In this document: one piece after another, positions 26,801 through 41,800 of the stretch
How the letters are laid out: the number at the start of each line of letters is the position of its first letter
Numbering within the stretch: the first letter of the stretch is position 1
Assembly (NCBI GenBank): GCA_965178125.1
Contig: OZ237776.1
Span: forward strand, 310,001-374,000
Length of the DNA: 64,000 bases
From: Bilabrum cf. latius
Taxonomy: Eukaryota
Direction of reading: 5' to 3'
The notes under the pieces: generated by a model
Told to the model about the DNA's origin: nothing
The model's database searches: none
What the model saw: only the letters and a program-made list of their open reading frames with translations
Position numbers and translations under genes: made by a program

Positions 26801-29800
26801 TAGATGGAGGTGCATTGAGCTTGCTAGCCAGAGCCTCGCCTTCAACCAAAAGTCTTTGTCGTGAGCTGCGTGACCCAGGCCTGTCTATTCGAACTGCAAG
26901 CTTAGGCGCAGGACCCACAGCAACTGCAGATTCGTCCTTGCCGAGGTCAGCTGGGAGCGATTGCGCTGATGAGGACGCCGCAACAGCTATATCACACCAG
27001 TCTACCGGAGACGGTGCGATCGTATGCCCTTCTGACATCGACTGCAGTTCTTTAAGGAAGACGCCGTGTCTTGCGGCAATTGCTGCCGCCAAAGTTGTAA
27101 CTCTCGCGCTGGCTGCAAGAGTGGTATTCAGCCATGCAATCGTCGACTTCCCGATCCAGTTCGGCATTTCCAGGGCATCCCAGTACTGACCAGAACTGTT
27201 GCGCTTGAGGGGCAGCATGGAAGCGCGCAGCAGCTGCTCCTCTAGTGTTTGCTGCGAGCCCGCAGCCCGAGCTGGGGATTCGGTTCGCCGAGTTTGACAT
27301 GCCAGCTAGGACAGGCGCAGCAAGTAGCTATCCATGCCATGCGCGACACCATTTCGTTCTGGGCCTGCACTTGGATCATCTCTTATCTAGTCAAGCCATG
27401 GAAGCCCCGGCAAACTGCCTTTGGCAATTCCGATAGCCTTCATTATGCGCCCGATCCCGGCAGCTGCTCTGTACAGTGGTTCCAAGAAACTCAATCCAGT
27501 CGCGTCAAGGGCCTCACTGCCTGGTAGCCCAGGACGTGCAAGGTCATCAGCTAGCAGCATGTCGGGATGGGCCCCCCAGGAAGTCATGCTGGCAAGAAGA
27601 AGGCCGGTTTGGGACCGCCCAGCCGCGGCTTCGTCGATCAGTTGTTTCAGTTCCGATGCAGAACGCAACGAATCAAGCGCTAGTCGATGAGAAAGAAATG
27701 CGAAGCGCACAGAGAGCACGCGGCACCGTGCTTGCAGAGTTGAACCGGAAAGCGAGCTGCATCCAGGGTCAAGAGCTGGGTCAATGCCTCGGAGAGCACC
27801 TTCCTCCAAAGCGCCAAGGTTTGGTTGGACCCAACGGACATTTGGTTGTGTCACACGCACAACCACTTTTTGGCCATAGAGGACCACTGGTTGTGATATC
27901 CCTTCCGTTTTATACCTGCAGAGGAGCTGGAGTGAGACTTCGACGCCTTCAAGGGCAGACTCCACTGCAACCTGGTCAAAGACAGCCTTGCCCTGCGCAT
28001 CTGTGAGGACCGTCGTCTGTCCCCAGAGTCGTACGGCGTACGCACTTGGATCTATGATTGCTTGTGGATTGCCCAGCCCACCCGCAGACAATCGTGCGGC
28101 CCGGCTGATCGATATGTTGCACGGCACGGAAGGGAGCCGAACGCTCGTTGCAATCACCCGGGCAGATAATGGATCTGCACCGACTGGAATTGATCCCGGT
28201 ACCGTGGGATCTAGCAGATCGGATGCAACTGGAAACACCGCCTATGTTTGAGCTGTTGGTGGGGGATAGATCCACTGCCAAGACCCGGGGTCCAAGACTT
28301 GCTGCCCTAGTGCTGTCACAGCCGCCTCGCGGGTGGGCAGAACCGCATGCTTGGTGGACAGGGTAGTGTCCGTCCAAGCAACGGAGATCAGTGAAGCGAC
28401 GCCTGTAGCCGACACAGATGCCTTGATCTCATCGCCTCCCTGATCGACCGCGTCAAGCGCAGTGCAGTCTGCGCGAAGCTGCACAACGGAGCCCATTGGA
28501 GCTACTACTTGGCTTGTGAGGTCAAGCACGCCCCCAGGAGGTATTACCGTGGAACTGGATACGAGGATCGGCTCCTCAACATCCTATTCTAGCTGTTGAG
28601 CCTGCTGGCTATCCAGCTGGGAAATGATTGGTAGGTAAGCCCCACCATAGGACGCTGATATCTCACAGGACATGGCGGGAGCCGGCAGTACTTCTGGAAG
28701 GCTGGTACCGAAGAAATCAAACGACGCGAGAACAGCGTAGCTGCGCGACAACACCTCAGCAGCTGCAACCAATTCCTTAACGCGATTCGAAGACGTGTTC
28801 ACGCCTGGTCCGGAGAGTGCCGGCATGATCCCAATTGCGTCCTCAGTGTCCCGTCCACTGAACAGCAAAAAGGTCGGATGAGAAAGCAGTGCGGGCTGAG
28901 TCGGCGGGTAGATGCCCCTCATGCTCACGATGCCCGTAAGCAACGAGCCTACCTGAGCGTTCGAGAGAGCACCAACGGACCCGTCTAGCTGCAGGGCACT
29001 GCACACATCTTCGACAGCAGACGGGTAGTCCGAGGGCGCCTGCTCAAACATGTAGAACGTCGGAATCGCGATTTCCTGCAGAGATGTCTGCCGGGCAGCA
29101 AGTTCCGAATCGGTTCGAATCGCTGATTGTATCTCTTTGATGAGCGCCGTGTCGTTCCTCCCGATTGATAGAGAATGCTCCCGGTACCGGCGAAACAAGG
29201 CAGGGAATCCCTTGACTTGGCTTGTGCCCGGAAGCACACGGGTACCGGGCATCACGGCCTGTACGCTCTGTCCATTCCCGGCTCCACCCTGACCGCTTGT
29301 TGTTCCTGTTGCGGCACCATACTTGATATATATCCCCTCGGATACATGATCTGCGTGGTTTGCGACTGCAACTGTATCGGAAATAAGCAGAGCCTTGGGG
29401 TAGTTTATAGAAGAGTATGCCACACCGGCAGCAGCAGTATATCCCCCGGCGATAACAGAATCCTGAAGCCGAACGGACCGTCGTTCAGACTCTGAGGTGG
29501 GCATTGCAGCGACAAAGCCGCCCTTGACGGCTCCGCGGGGGAACACCATACCAGCTGGGCCAGCTGGGACTGTGACTTGATGCAACCTGCTTGGGTCAAA
29601 CCCAGGTACTGCTGCGCAGTAGCCCGTTAGTAGCTGCAGACCCGTGTCGTTCCGTCTGCCAACTGTCAGAGGTGATGATTGAACCACATTGGCCAGAGCC
29701 ACCCAGCTCGCTAGCATGGCTGGATCTGATCCAATAGCAAGCGATTCCCGCAGCGAGCGTCCGGATGTTTCAATAGCACTTCTAGAATTTCGTCCCAAGC

Positions 29801-32800
29801 TACTGGAGATCCCCTGCAGTTCCACATTTTCGGTATCCCTACTCAGGATCGCAGCACCTGCCCCCAGGGGAGCTGCTGTTCTATCAATTCGACAGGTTCT
29901 AGCATCTGCGATGGCATGCACGGGCCACGAAGACATCACCCTGTCGCCGATTATCGGTGATGTGGAGCCCAGCAGCATGCTTGCATCTTCTCGGCGGGAG
30001 CCGTTGTGGAGCCCAGTCCGAGCAAATACCGTTTTCTTCGTCGTGTCCGAGTATGCTGGAAGGACAGAAGCGTACTGCTGCCGAAACGTACTTATTAAAC
30101 CGGCAGTGAACGTGGAATTTCCTGCTAAACTTGTTCTGTTTGATACAGCGGCTTGAACAGATAGTTCAGTTTGCAGCAGCTGTCCGATTGCTGGCATGAG
30201 TCGACTCGCCGGCCACACGCCGGACTGCTACACGCTTTGGACGGATGATGCAGCAAGCATCCGACGGATAGAATATCCAAGATTCTCATTGGGATCGAAT
30301 GAGATGTCGACACTCGTAAACGCCGCCGCCGATTCCAACGCTGCCTGCAGTGCGATATGCTGCTGTGCCATGGACTGCAGCTCCAGCGTGCTTCTGGCGG
30401 CTCTGTCTACCACTGAGGCGGCACTGAGCCACTGCAGCATGCTGGATGACAGGCATCTATGAGAGTACACGGCAGCTTCGTGAACGGTGGCAAGCACCTT
30501 GATTCCAGACCGTGACGCGAATGACACCGCGCTTGCCTGATATCGTCCGGACACCACTCCTGCTTGCAGGCCATTATCGGGAAGACTGACTTGGCCGATA
30601 GAATGCCAACGCTCCGAGTTTTCAGCCAAAGACACACCACCGTCCCACATTACATCTAACCCTGTTTCTGTAAGCTCTACTCGTAGACGAGCTCGCACTA
30701 CTCCCTGCAGCTCTACCAGTGAAGACGTGCCTGTCAGGTCTTGCAGTTGCCCAGAGCAGACAATGCCACTCCTCGCCGCAGTTGAACTCTATGCCATACC
30801 CATGCGTACACCACAAAACACTAGGAGAGGGAGTGTATCGCTATTAGAGTCGTCTGCTGAATACAAAGCCAGTCCTGCGCTGCAGCTGTCGAGATAGGCA
30901 TCGCTCGAGGCAGACTCTTCTGTACAACTCCCGATCTCCACGTCAATCACAACGATACGAGAGCCATCTGATGCTTCGTCGTCGAAGTAAATCTCAATTG
31001 GAGAAGCTTGAAATGACGAGTCAGCGATTTGGAGCTGAAGCTCGCCGCCTGCGGATGCAGCCCGCTCAAGCAAAAGCGTGCTGGAACCAGGCTGCTAGCT
31101 GGCAGCCAAAGCTCTCCGTGACGAAGTTAGTTCCAATGACATTAAAGAAACATCGGGTACATGAGACTGCATGCGTTGCAACTATCCAGAGAAGCCAGCT
31201 GAGTTCATTGAAATTCTACCAAACCCAATCTGTGGGGCACTGGACTCTGGCAGGCCTAGGACTGCACATGCTGTGCTGTTCAGGCCAGATGTAAACCAGT
31301 CAAGAGCTCCCATATGTGGTTTGATCTGGCTACGTAATCCACCTCTAGGGGGTAATGAGGAGCCGAGCATCGACATTAGCTGTTCAGTGGTGGTTGCCCG
31401 CGCCAGCTATCCTATCGGTATATCGTCGTGGTAGAAATCCCTCGGTCGAATTGCCATAGCAGCAGCTGGTGCAGACACAAACGGATGGCCGGCAGCTCGG
31501 GTCCGAGCGTCCATAGCGGCTATGCTCCTTTCCATGGCGTGCATTCTTGCTGCACTTGCGGCCGCATCTTCCAATTGCTGGGGAGTCTCCAATGGTGCAA
31601 AGGCACCTCCCATGGTTGCCAACTGCTTCTGGTAGTGCAGCCTGACGTCCTACTCAATCTACAGAGCTGCTGCAGTCGATGCATCGGTGTCATCAAGCAC
31701 CCTGCAGCCTAGGGTCTCAAGCAGAGATCCATCAGTCATCGCGATGGCGCCCCCCCCGCTGCCACCATCTCCATCGCCGATTGCTTCGAGCAAGGCAGAC
31801 GAGCCCCGTGCACTTGGCGAAGAAGCGCTCGATACAATACCTGACAAAATCACTGCAGACTACATACTTCCTCCCAACATTGAAACACTGTCTGATGTCC
31901 CCCCACCTTGCTCTGGTATCGAATACGCTTGACCCCATGCCCGTGATGACAGAACCTAAACAGCCTTGTCAGCTGGAGACAGCTGACTGAATGCACTCGA
32001 GTCCTCAGGCAGCGTGGTGCTTGCCTCGAGGTCTCTCGATACGTTTATTGCGCGTAATGTCCTGGCAGGATCAATTCCGGCTACTGAAGCTCCGATGTGA
32101 AAAGGTGCCTCCAGGGTCAACGACCCTGCGCCCCCGCTAAAGATGGCGCCTCCCATCGCACCAGCACCGCAGAACATCAATACCGTCCCTTGCACCGTCG
32201 TAGCGGAACCATTGGCAGCGATGCAACCGCCGAACGATTTACGCATAGAGTGCGGGGCCCGTGCAGCATCGTAGATAGTGAATGACTCCGCTAGCATGGC
32301 AGCGTCTTCGATCGGGTCGTAGCTTGTGCGGGCCAAATCAGCTAAACCTGTGGCGCTACTTTGCTACAATCCAGGCTGTCCCCACCAAGTAGACGACGAC
32401 TGAGATAGCTGGACCACCCCAAGCCTATGCTACGCCAAGAGGTTCTCGCTGACTAGAGCGTTCTTGAAGACAGCGTCCCGTCCAGATTGAATTCCGGCAG
32501 AGTCTGCCAACACGTGAGGCTGGCCGTCACCAACTAGGGACTGCACCTGGCCCTGGGACGTAAAAATATCAGGAACAAATATCGAAAGTCTCGACAAAAA
32601 GAACTACTGGCTTGCCTTGATCAGGATGGCCTGCGCAGGGTACCCGTGGCAAGCGTAATCAACGGGGATGGGGTCACGGAGCGTGCGCCTGGCCTCGCGC
32701 TGCGATCTTGCGAACCGAAGCATGGATTCGTCCGTCGGGAGGCACCTCGCCGGCACAATGGCCAGCATTTTTGTCACTGCAGACCCGTCCACAAGATCGC

Positions 32801-35800
32801 TGTACTTCTTCTAGAAAATATCTGTGCGCATCGCGTCGAGTGTCAAGGTGGAACTCTGCAGGAACGATAGCGTTGTCGGCAGCATAGCAGGCTGAAGACT
32901 GGCCTGTGCATCATTCATCGGCACAGCAATGATATCTGGAAGCTATACGGTGGTACTCCACGAGCTATCAGGGCGAATCCAAGCCTTTACCGTGTGTACT
33001 GGTCCAGACTCGCGAAGAGGCACTTCCAGCAACTCCACTGGATCCGATCCAATGGAGAGCGCCCCGGTTAGAGGCCGCCGCTACCCGTCCGTACCAATGA
33101 CGTTTGATGAAGTCAGGCTTGCCACATCAGCGAACCCGATTGGCCCTGCTGCTGCCTCCGACGGAGGTAGCGGTAGATGCCACAGTCGCCAATCAGGGGC
33201 GGCAGCAGCAATGATCAGTCGCCTATCACCGCCCCTGGCGATGGCCCTAGACGCCTCGATGGAGCCTACAAGTTTATCAGCGAGAGCATCCGCTGCAATT
33301 CGCCCCTGCTGCAAAGGAAGCCACGCGTCTGGGTTATTCCGCATAGCGCATTCATGGTCCTGCTGGCCTGGCAGGTTAACAGCACCGCCAGGTCTCATGA
33401 TGCTGAGTTCCATCGATGACACGCTCCACGGAAGCGGCTGTAAGGCATGCGGCACGATCAGTTGAGTCCACTAGGCTGCTCCAACAGAGAGTGTGGAGCT
33501 CCAGCTGCTCCCCACTGGCGAATTAAACCATGACTTGCCACCGCTGGCCACGCACTCAGTCCAATTGTCCGTGTCTCCGATCACACGGACCAGCGCTCGG
33601 ATTCTGCTCACAAGGGACCGGCCGACTTCGGTCACCTGGTGCTCCACGTGCAAACGCCAGCCGAGCGGAGCTGCACGGAGACCGTCTATACTACACCGTT
33701 TAGCCATGCTGCCGGCTTCGTGCCGCTGGAAGCAAGTGAATTGGCTATTGCTTCTCATTCCGCACACTGCCATGATCTGATTCGCAGATGAGCTGAACAT
33801 ACCCAGCCCTGACACTGACTGGGCGGATCCGACGCTTTCTGCGCCTGTGATAGCTGACAATGATACCGATGCAGTCCAATTCCGACCAATTGGTACGACT
33901 AACGGTGATCCCACAAACACGCTGAGTTCAGCTGTTTGATTCGAATCAGCAAATGCTGAGCACTGGTCAACGACCGCTTGCCGAGCTGCAATGTGCGTCT
34001 ACCATGGTGCTGCAGACCGGCCTTCAATTATACGTCTGACCGTCTACTTTGCCAGAGTATCACTCCGAATCGATTCCACAAGTGCAGTAGCATTGGATAT
34101 GCGGACTGACATGTTGATCGGTATGCACGTTCCGCTGCAGGGTCCTAGAATACGCCTGGGCTCAGCACCACCAGGAGGATCACACACCGCTATGGCGGCG
34201 GGTGGATGGGTCGGTGAGAGGGCACCCAAGCGTTCCAACGCGTGCACAGTTCGGTCATCCATTGTAGTGTTGAAGGCCATCGTCGAATCCATTCCACCAG
34301 GGCCTGCAGTGGTCTCTGCTAGCCATGTATCATTGATTTGCCAAATCGATCGAGCCCTACTTACCGCCGCTCGAATTCCGTTCTCCAACGTATCACCACC
34401 GAACCCGAACGGTTCAGCGACGCATTCTGGCCAAGCACCGATCATCGCAAGTGGAAACATGCCACCCTTACCGTGCATCCTCTCCCAATGTCGCCATGCG
34501 GATGCTCCGAGCAGGACATCTGCGGCGGGAGCCAGCTGTAGCATTGGGGCTCTGAGCCCAGCAACGGGTACGGATGCGAACGATGGAACGAGAATGGAGT
34601 CTTCTTCAAGCGTATTGGCCGAGTTCTGCTCCATCGCTCGGGCAGCATCGAGCGGCATAGCTAGGCATCTCTGTACCGAGGATCCCGCGAGAATCTGGAG
34701 CTCCCGGTCATTGTGGCTGGCTAAACAGCCGCCAAAGGATTCGTCACCGAGCGACAGCCCGTCACTCATATCTGCACCAGATATTCGTACCGTAGAATCA
34801 TCGGTAGAGATAAGCCCTCCCATGTTTGCCGTACCCTGCCTGAGAATGGCCCCATCTTCGATTGTCAGCATTGTCTGGCGAGCACGAAGCACGCCGCCCT
34901 GCATGGCAGCCACTCCCCTCTCGAGTGTGACTCCGCCACGCATGGTCACCTGACCCCTGATCTTCTAGCCAAGCGCATCGGATCGAAGGCAGAAGACTCC
35001 ACCAGAGCCCATGGCAGCCAAACCTGGTCCAATCCGAACGTCCGGCCCTCGAAGGAGCACCACGAGCTCAGAGTCGGCTCGTGCGTTCAAGACTCCACCG
35101 TCGTGCAAAGCCACTGCATCCCCGATCCAAACATTCTCACCGGCTATAAGTAGTACTGCACCGGTCTTGATAGATGCGGCGATCAGTGCTGCTTGCTACA
35201 GCGGGGATGCGTCCCGTTTAATAGGATGCACGTAGGTGGCTCGCCTGGCTACCTCGACACCACCTGATGCGCCGTAGTCACTTTGCGCTGTCCCCTCAAT
35301 CACCGCCGTCAGCTCATCCCACACATCTTGAACCGTGTCCATCGAGTAATTTGCCTTGCCTTGACGAATCGGCAAGGCTGCTGCGCCATTGCTCGCACGT
35401 ACTGCCGAAACCTGATTCGAGGTTGAGTTGGACTCTGCCACGAGTCCCTGTCGGTCTTGTTGGTCGCCGATACCATCCGGTCTGAGCAGCGTGGATTCTA
35501 CCGCCTGAAAAGGTAAATCATGTTGTTGCAATTCAATGCACCCTCCGCTACCTTGGAGCGCAGAGCAATTGCTGATTTGCGCTTGTTGCAGCACTTCTAC
35601 TGCGGACACGCAGGACGCACCGTTCCGCAAGTCGCAGACTGCGGCGGCACGAATGGCTCCGCCACCTAGCAATCCCGTTGCAAGTGTATCGTGGATTTTG
35701 GCTCCTTCACTCACTTGCACGTGCACGATGCAGGCACCGAGGCAGTCTGCAGCTATCGCGCCTCCATGACGACTGGCTGCGGACCGTGAAATGGAGGCAG

Positions 35801-38800
35801 ATTGATGCAGTTTCACCGCAGTGATAGCCTGGGGCACTAGACCTCTTGTGCTGAATATCGAAGAAGAAGACGACAGCACCCGGATGGCCCCACCACTCCC
35901 TAGAACAGATGTACTGTCTGAGATGATACCTTGGATGTCTGCTGATGCTGCCACTGCTTCAGCGCTGACATGAACCGAAGACAGCAGTATCGCACCACCG
36001 CTACCGGACGCACTCAAGTTTTCCAGTGCTGCCGATGGGTCCATCAATATGAACGCTTGCGCATCCGTGTGTGCAGTCCCTGAAACTCGGTGATGCTCGG
36101 TCTGCGTTGACAATGACGTACCAGTCAGGCCAAGTATCGCCTGTGCAGGCCATGCCGCCTCAGGATGCGACATAGTTTCCATTGCACCCAACACTTGGTA
36201 CTGCGCGTTCCATTGAGAAGCACCATCCTGCTCCAGTTGAAGTGCACCACCAAGTCCAAGATCTCCCTAGAGCTCACGCCCATCACCCGCCCTCAAAGGA
36301 TCTGCAACAACAACTGCAAGACCCCCACCCCCACCGCCTGCGACCGCATGACGAATACTTGACCTGTAGCCTATTTGTGCTCGAGCCGTTCCGCTTATTC
36401 CCTCCTGTGGGAGGTCCACGTGACTATCGGCGAAGGTACGTCCAAGGCTGCCCCACGGGCTGATCGGGTCGACAGAAATTGTGTGTTGCACATGTGCACT
36501 TTTGCCTGCACTGACTCGACCAAGCCATTCAAAGGGAGCCTTGTGGAAACCATGCACTCCTTCACTTGCTGCAGAGGCGTACAGCTAGAAACGGGTCTCA
36601 CTTGACAGCATACCCGTCAATGGCTTACCAGATGTCACGCTTGATGCGATGTGCAGGATATCACTGCGCAGAAGCATTCGTGCAACTCTGACATACACCT
36701 ACCCAAAAAGTCTTTCCTCCTGGCTTGAAGCGTGGTTGTGATGGCTGAGACCCGGTGACCTCCGCCCAGAACTCAGTACCGCCATGCCGCCGCCATCTCC
36801 ATCCGACCTGCTGCAGCGTATATTCCCCGCACTAATAGATACGTAGCTTGACGGGTCTGAAGCGACCGCAGACACCGCCCCACCACTCCCTGGAAGAAGC
36901 CAGCTGTTCGCCGTATACTCTGCAACAGGCTCTAGCGACAGAGCGGCCTCGTCCAGCAAGCGCTTGGCTGTACCACTCGCCCAGAACATATACTCAGCAG
37001 AGTTTCGTTCTGGCGAGCTAGGATCAATTTGCGGCGATGTGATCTACACGACTCGGCCCACGTGTGGTAGCATGGAAACGCACCGACTCCATGGTCGACC
37101 TGATTCCGCCACTCTCGACAACTAGAATTGTGCGCGCTGAGGTCGCGCTGCGAAAGACATGCTCGCTGCCTATGCAATCTAGCTAGCCGCTCTAGCGGGT
37201 ATGCTCCTGTCGTCATCTGTGCCTATTTTTGTTTGTACTGGCAATCCAGCTGGTACAAGTACGTCGAAACGATCCCGCAAGGCACTCTGAATAGCAGCCA
37301 AACCATGAGGTATGCCATCTTCACCACCGATCAGTCTATTGACTGGCATGGCAGCGGCCATGCCTGCGCCAACATGCATATGGAGACCTGTCCAAAGCCC
37401 ATCATTGCACGGGGGGGGCATGAGGGCGACCCCCGCTTCCACTTGGGTGTCCCTACCCTCCCATTGCCTCGTCGGGATTGGCCAACCCCTTGTGTACTCG
37501 GTAGAGGAACGTTTGCGGAGCCATTCATCGGTGCCTGGCAGATCCAGAGATTCAATCGAGCTGAATGTTGCCTAAACCGCACGATTGTTCTAATGCGACG
37601 AAGACTCCAGCACTCCACCAGCAACGCCAGCGGCTGCAATCGTGCCACCTGTCCCGCCACCATGAGACGCGCTAGCTTGGTACTCCATACCTGCTTCGGA
37701 GCTTTGAATTTTGCTCGAGAGACCCGCAGCTACGAGCTACACCGCACCACCATGCCCTCGTGCAGCCACGGTATGAGCTACCATTGCCTTCTCACGCCAA
37801 TACGAGTCCAGCTGCACTCGTGCGCCAGAGTATGCGAGAGCCCGTGTGATCGCGCCGCCCCCGCTTGCAAGTGAAAATGACTGCCCAGCGACGTGATAAG
37901 CATGAATTGTTGATCGTTGGCCGATAGCGGAAATGTCAACCAGGCGCGGTGTCCACTTTGCTGCAACCGCGCATTTTGACGGATCTCGCCGCTGGATGTC
38001 AGTGGCGAGACTGCTCTCCAAGCTGCCACCGAAGTTGCGGACCTGAGCCCACACTCTATATCTATTTGATACTGCCACCTCGATACGCCCTCTTTGTGTG
38101 GATCGCATTCGAATCAGGCCAGCTGGAGCTGCAGCTGCTAGCTCCCTTGAATTCGCGAGTCCGAAAGAAGCACTAACTGCAGCAGCTGACAGCGGCACCA
38201 GGTAGCCAGCCAAATCACCCTTGAGGCGAAGGTACACAGCAAGATCTGTTCCGCTCGGCTGTGCCGGTGAGGCCGGACATACCTGCCTCCGCTGATTGGC
38301 CGCGAGTCCAGGCGGCATCTGCACCCCCCTTGCCGAGGAAAGAATCCTTCCGATTCTGTGGGCGTCGATCAGTGCGCTCTTGTTGAACGAGGCGGCCAGT
38401 GATGGATCACCTGAGACTTGCGTCAGACCATTGAATGAATCCACATCTAAAGGATTCACCACGCACTGTTCGATGGAGTGAATACCAGCAGGAGGAGTGG
38501 ACGCAGATCCCACAAGCGAGGAGGGGCACGGGTATGGTCCGCTGCCGTCGGGACAGTAGTACCACGGTGGACACTGGCGGCATTGGAACACCGAGGAGTC
38601 ATCTTCAGACAGCTCAAGGTAAGTTCCGTCGCTGCACACGGGTAGTGTGTCCGGTTTGCTTCCGAGCTAGTAGCCCGTGTTCCATCCAATGTGTCCTGTC
38701 GTGACCATCAGCTCCCGCCAGGGTGTCGCTACAGTTAGATTCGGGCTCCCGTATGCCCTGTGCTGTCGCTGCAAGGCTCGAATGTCACCCCCTAGCAGCT

Positions 38801-41800
38801 GGTGTGAAAGTCGTGCCCACCTTGAAGCAGCATCGGATTGCTTTAGTCCGTGTATGTTTCCCCGGTCCTTGGCAGGCTCCATCTCAAATCGATGCAAAGC
38901 GCCATGTACACTCGGTTGCAGGCTTCTGATGGAATCCGCAAGCGTTTCACCGGACGATGACGAGTCAGCTGACTCTATCATCGCCGTCATACTGTCAAGA
39001 GACTGCAAAGCTTGGGGGTATGCGGCAGCAACACCCGTACTAGTGCTGCCCTCGTGAAATCCAATAGCGAGATCTTCGAATCTGTTCAACTATACATTGG
39101 CTGTGCTCCTCAGGCCGCTACTGCCAAGCTCAATAGCGGCGACATCAAGTAGAATGGCAGCTGACGAGTCAATACCGACCTGCTAGTTCCGACCGTGCGC
39201 TATGGTGCGCCCAAACTGCTCCACTTCATCAATGCTTGTGCTTGCGGAAACTATGCCAATCGCAGGAAGAACGGCCCCTCGAATCCCTGGAACAGCAGTG
39301 CGTGGTCTGATTGGCAGCTGTGGTAGCGCTCCTCCGTGGCGCTTTACCGTTCGCGCGAGCGATGCATTGGATCCCGGTTCAATGGCACGCGATGGCATCT
39401 TTAGGAGGCCTGTCACTCTCACATGGAGTTCCCCGGCATCGCTGCTAGTCACGAGCGACGCGTTGCCACCAGAGTCCGGACCGAAGAAAACTGGCGACAT
39501 TGGGGTCCTAGAAAACAGCGTTCGGGTGCTATGAACCAGTGATTCGGGTACGGTAATCCCCGCCAATTGAATTGCCGTTGCCTTCCAAACTGCCGGCCTT
39601 GCCACGGAGGCCCGAGCCATCCCTTTCGTGTCGTTGACGACGTGGTCAGCCGTGTAGCCCATTTCACGCAGAGCGGCCAGGCCTGCTCCAATCAAACCTT
39701 GGGTCCCACTTCCAGTGCCGCCAGCGAGGTGCTGCTAAGTGTTCAACGCCCACTGTTTGGCTAGTATTGCTTCCAGCGCTGCAGACCGGGGCACAATAGC
39801 GGCAACCGAGCCCCCAAGTCGAGGGCCCATGAGCCCGCCAGGGTGCTCCCACGGGGAGCCAAGGGCCTCTATCTCACAAATAGCGAGGGAACGGGATGCT
39901 TGCGCCTAGAATGAAGCCTAGATTGTAGGCAATGGTACCTGGTTGCTAGTGCTACTGAGAGACTGGGGGATGTCTGGTACAGGAGCGCTCGAGGGCCACG
40001 CACCGACCAGAACGTGCGTTGCCCGCTAAACTGAGTCACGTCTCCCAAGAAATGGGCATACAAAAAGGATAGCACCGTCCTCATCAAGCCATTCCTCCCC
40101 GTCGTGTCCAGCACTGTTCGATTTCTGATGCTGTCGCATGGGGAAGCACTCGCTCGCGAACGCCCCGGCAAGATCAGGATGTGCAGCAAGCGGAGTGGCC
40201 TGTCCTGAGGCAGCCAGCTCTTGCCACTATCGTATTTTCTACCCCATCATAGAATCTGCAGATGATCGCAGAATTTCCTGTTCAAAGGAAGAAAACTAGA
40301 GTAGCTCGTCCTAGCGCTCTGCACTCAGAACACCTCTCACAACGTCACGCTCTACAGTTGGCGCGTGCACAACAAATGCTCGGATACCAAGGCGACAGCT
40401 GTTACCTTGACCGGCCTCTGTGTCCGAGCAGTTGCTCTACAGCTGCCAGAGCTACCGAGCCGCAGCAGACATCGGAACAGACACACGGATATATCGCACT
40501 GTGGATGGCTGCGCAAGACCGACCCTAGCGATAGGATATTTTGCTGCCAAGGTCTGCGAGCAAGTGTACTGGGCCATCTATCGAGCGTCAGATCCGCAGG
40601 AATCCACCCATCGTCCGGTGGAGTCCAACCGCTGTCCATGCAGCGCGTTTAGGCTAGCAGGAATTGAATTCACCTCAAGTGGAGTAGAAGCAGCTAACGA
40701 GGCGTTAGACAGACTCGCAACGACTTGCACAGCGTCAGCGCTCGCGCCTACCGCTAGGTTGTTGAGAGCAGCCCGGCTCGGTGGTTGTGACCCCACGGTG
40801 CCACCCTCTCCATATCCACCCGTCCTGCCAGATGCCAGAGGATCGAACATGTGTGCGTTGGACCGGACGTACAGCGGGCCGTGGCCCTGGTGGTTGAGCG
40901 CAGGAGCAAACGAGGTCCTGGGCCATCGATGCAGTGGTGCGCTCTCATCTGTGATCTCTGACGGGGTGGTTGAGATGCCTGCAACCTGGCTGTCTAGGCC
41001 TTGGCTGAATGCCGTGAAGTTCCGTCGGCTGATGTGCATGGTGCACTCTGCCGCAACTGATGGGTACTCCAGGAGGTCGGTCAACGCACGTAATTGACTC
41101 CTTACACTATGTATCGATCGGATCCATCCCTCATTGGTGAGCATCGAATCTGCATCGACGCAGCGATCACTGAGATCGATCAGTCGCAAGCCGCTTGCTT
41201 GACTTATCTCCTAGCTCTGTGAGGTTTGGACCGCACGATTGACGCTACTGCCCGCCTCTGACAGGTCGACGGAGCTTATGACAAAATCGGCTCGAGCCGT
41301 CACCACTGCCTTGATCTCGTGGGCGGCAGAAAATGAGCGGAGTCCGGTTGCAGCACGCACGTCAGATCTTCGAACGCCATCGCCGTTCACCTCAGTAGGA
41401 ACCACACCAGGGAGAGGAACTGCGGAATGCTGCGTGGCATCAGAGGACCATGGCGCGCTGTCCGCAGCCACGGCCCACCCAATTGACATGGGTGGTAACT
41501 TGGCCCCCAACGGCGAGCTGTCCACAGCCTAGGCTGCTTGACCATGCTCTGGGCGCACGAATAGCTAGACGGGGCGCGGTCGAACCACCCTTACAACTGC
41601 AATGGACCCTTGGATATTTACTATGTACTCCTGGCTTGTATCTTTCCACTCTTGGGGCGGGTTGTAAAACGTAGAGCTGGACGACGGCTTAATCACTGAG
41701 TGGCTCAGTCCCCACGGCACGATAGCGCCTCGTCCACCCATCGGATTCGTGATGTTGCGGTGGCACATGTGCCCGCCAGTGGCCCATCCGAGCTGTGAGT

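Noticed and set aside
33991-34953. Long plus-strand ORFs antisense to the giant gene (also 37128-37874, 40420-41097, 18652-19272)
   Set aside because: Shadow ORFs expected in GC-rich coding DNA; no recognisable motifs.
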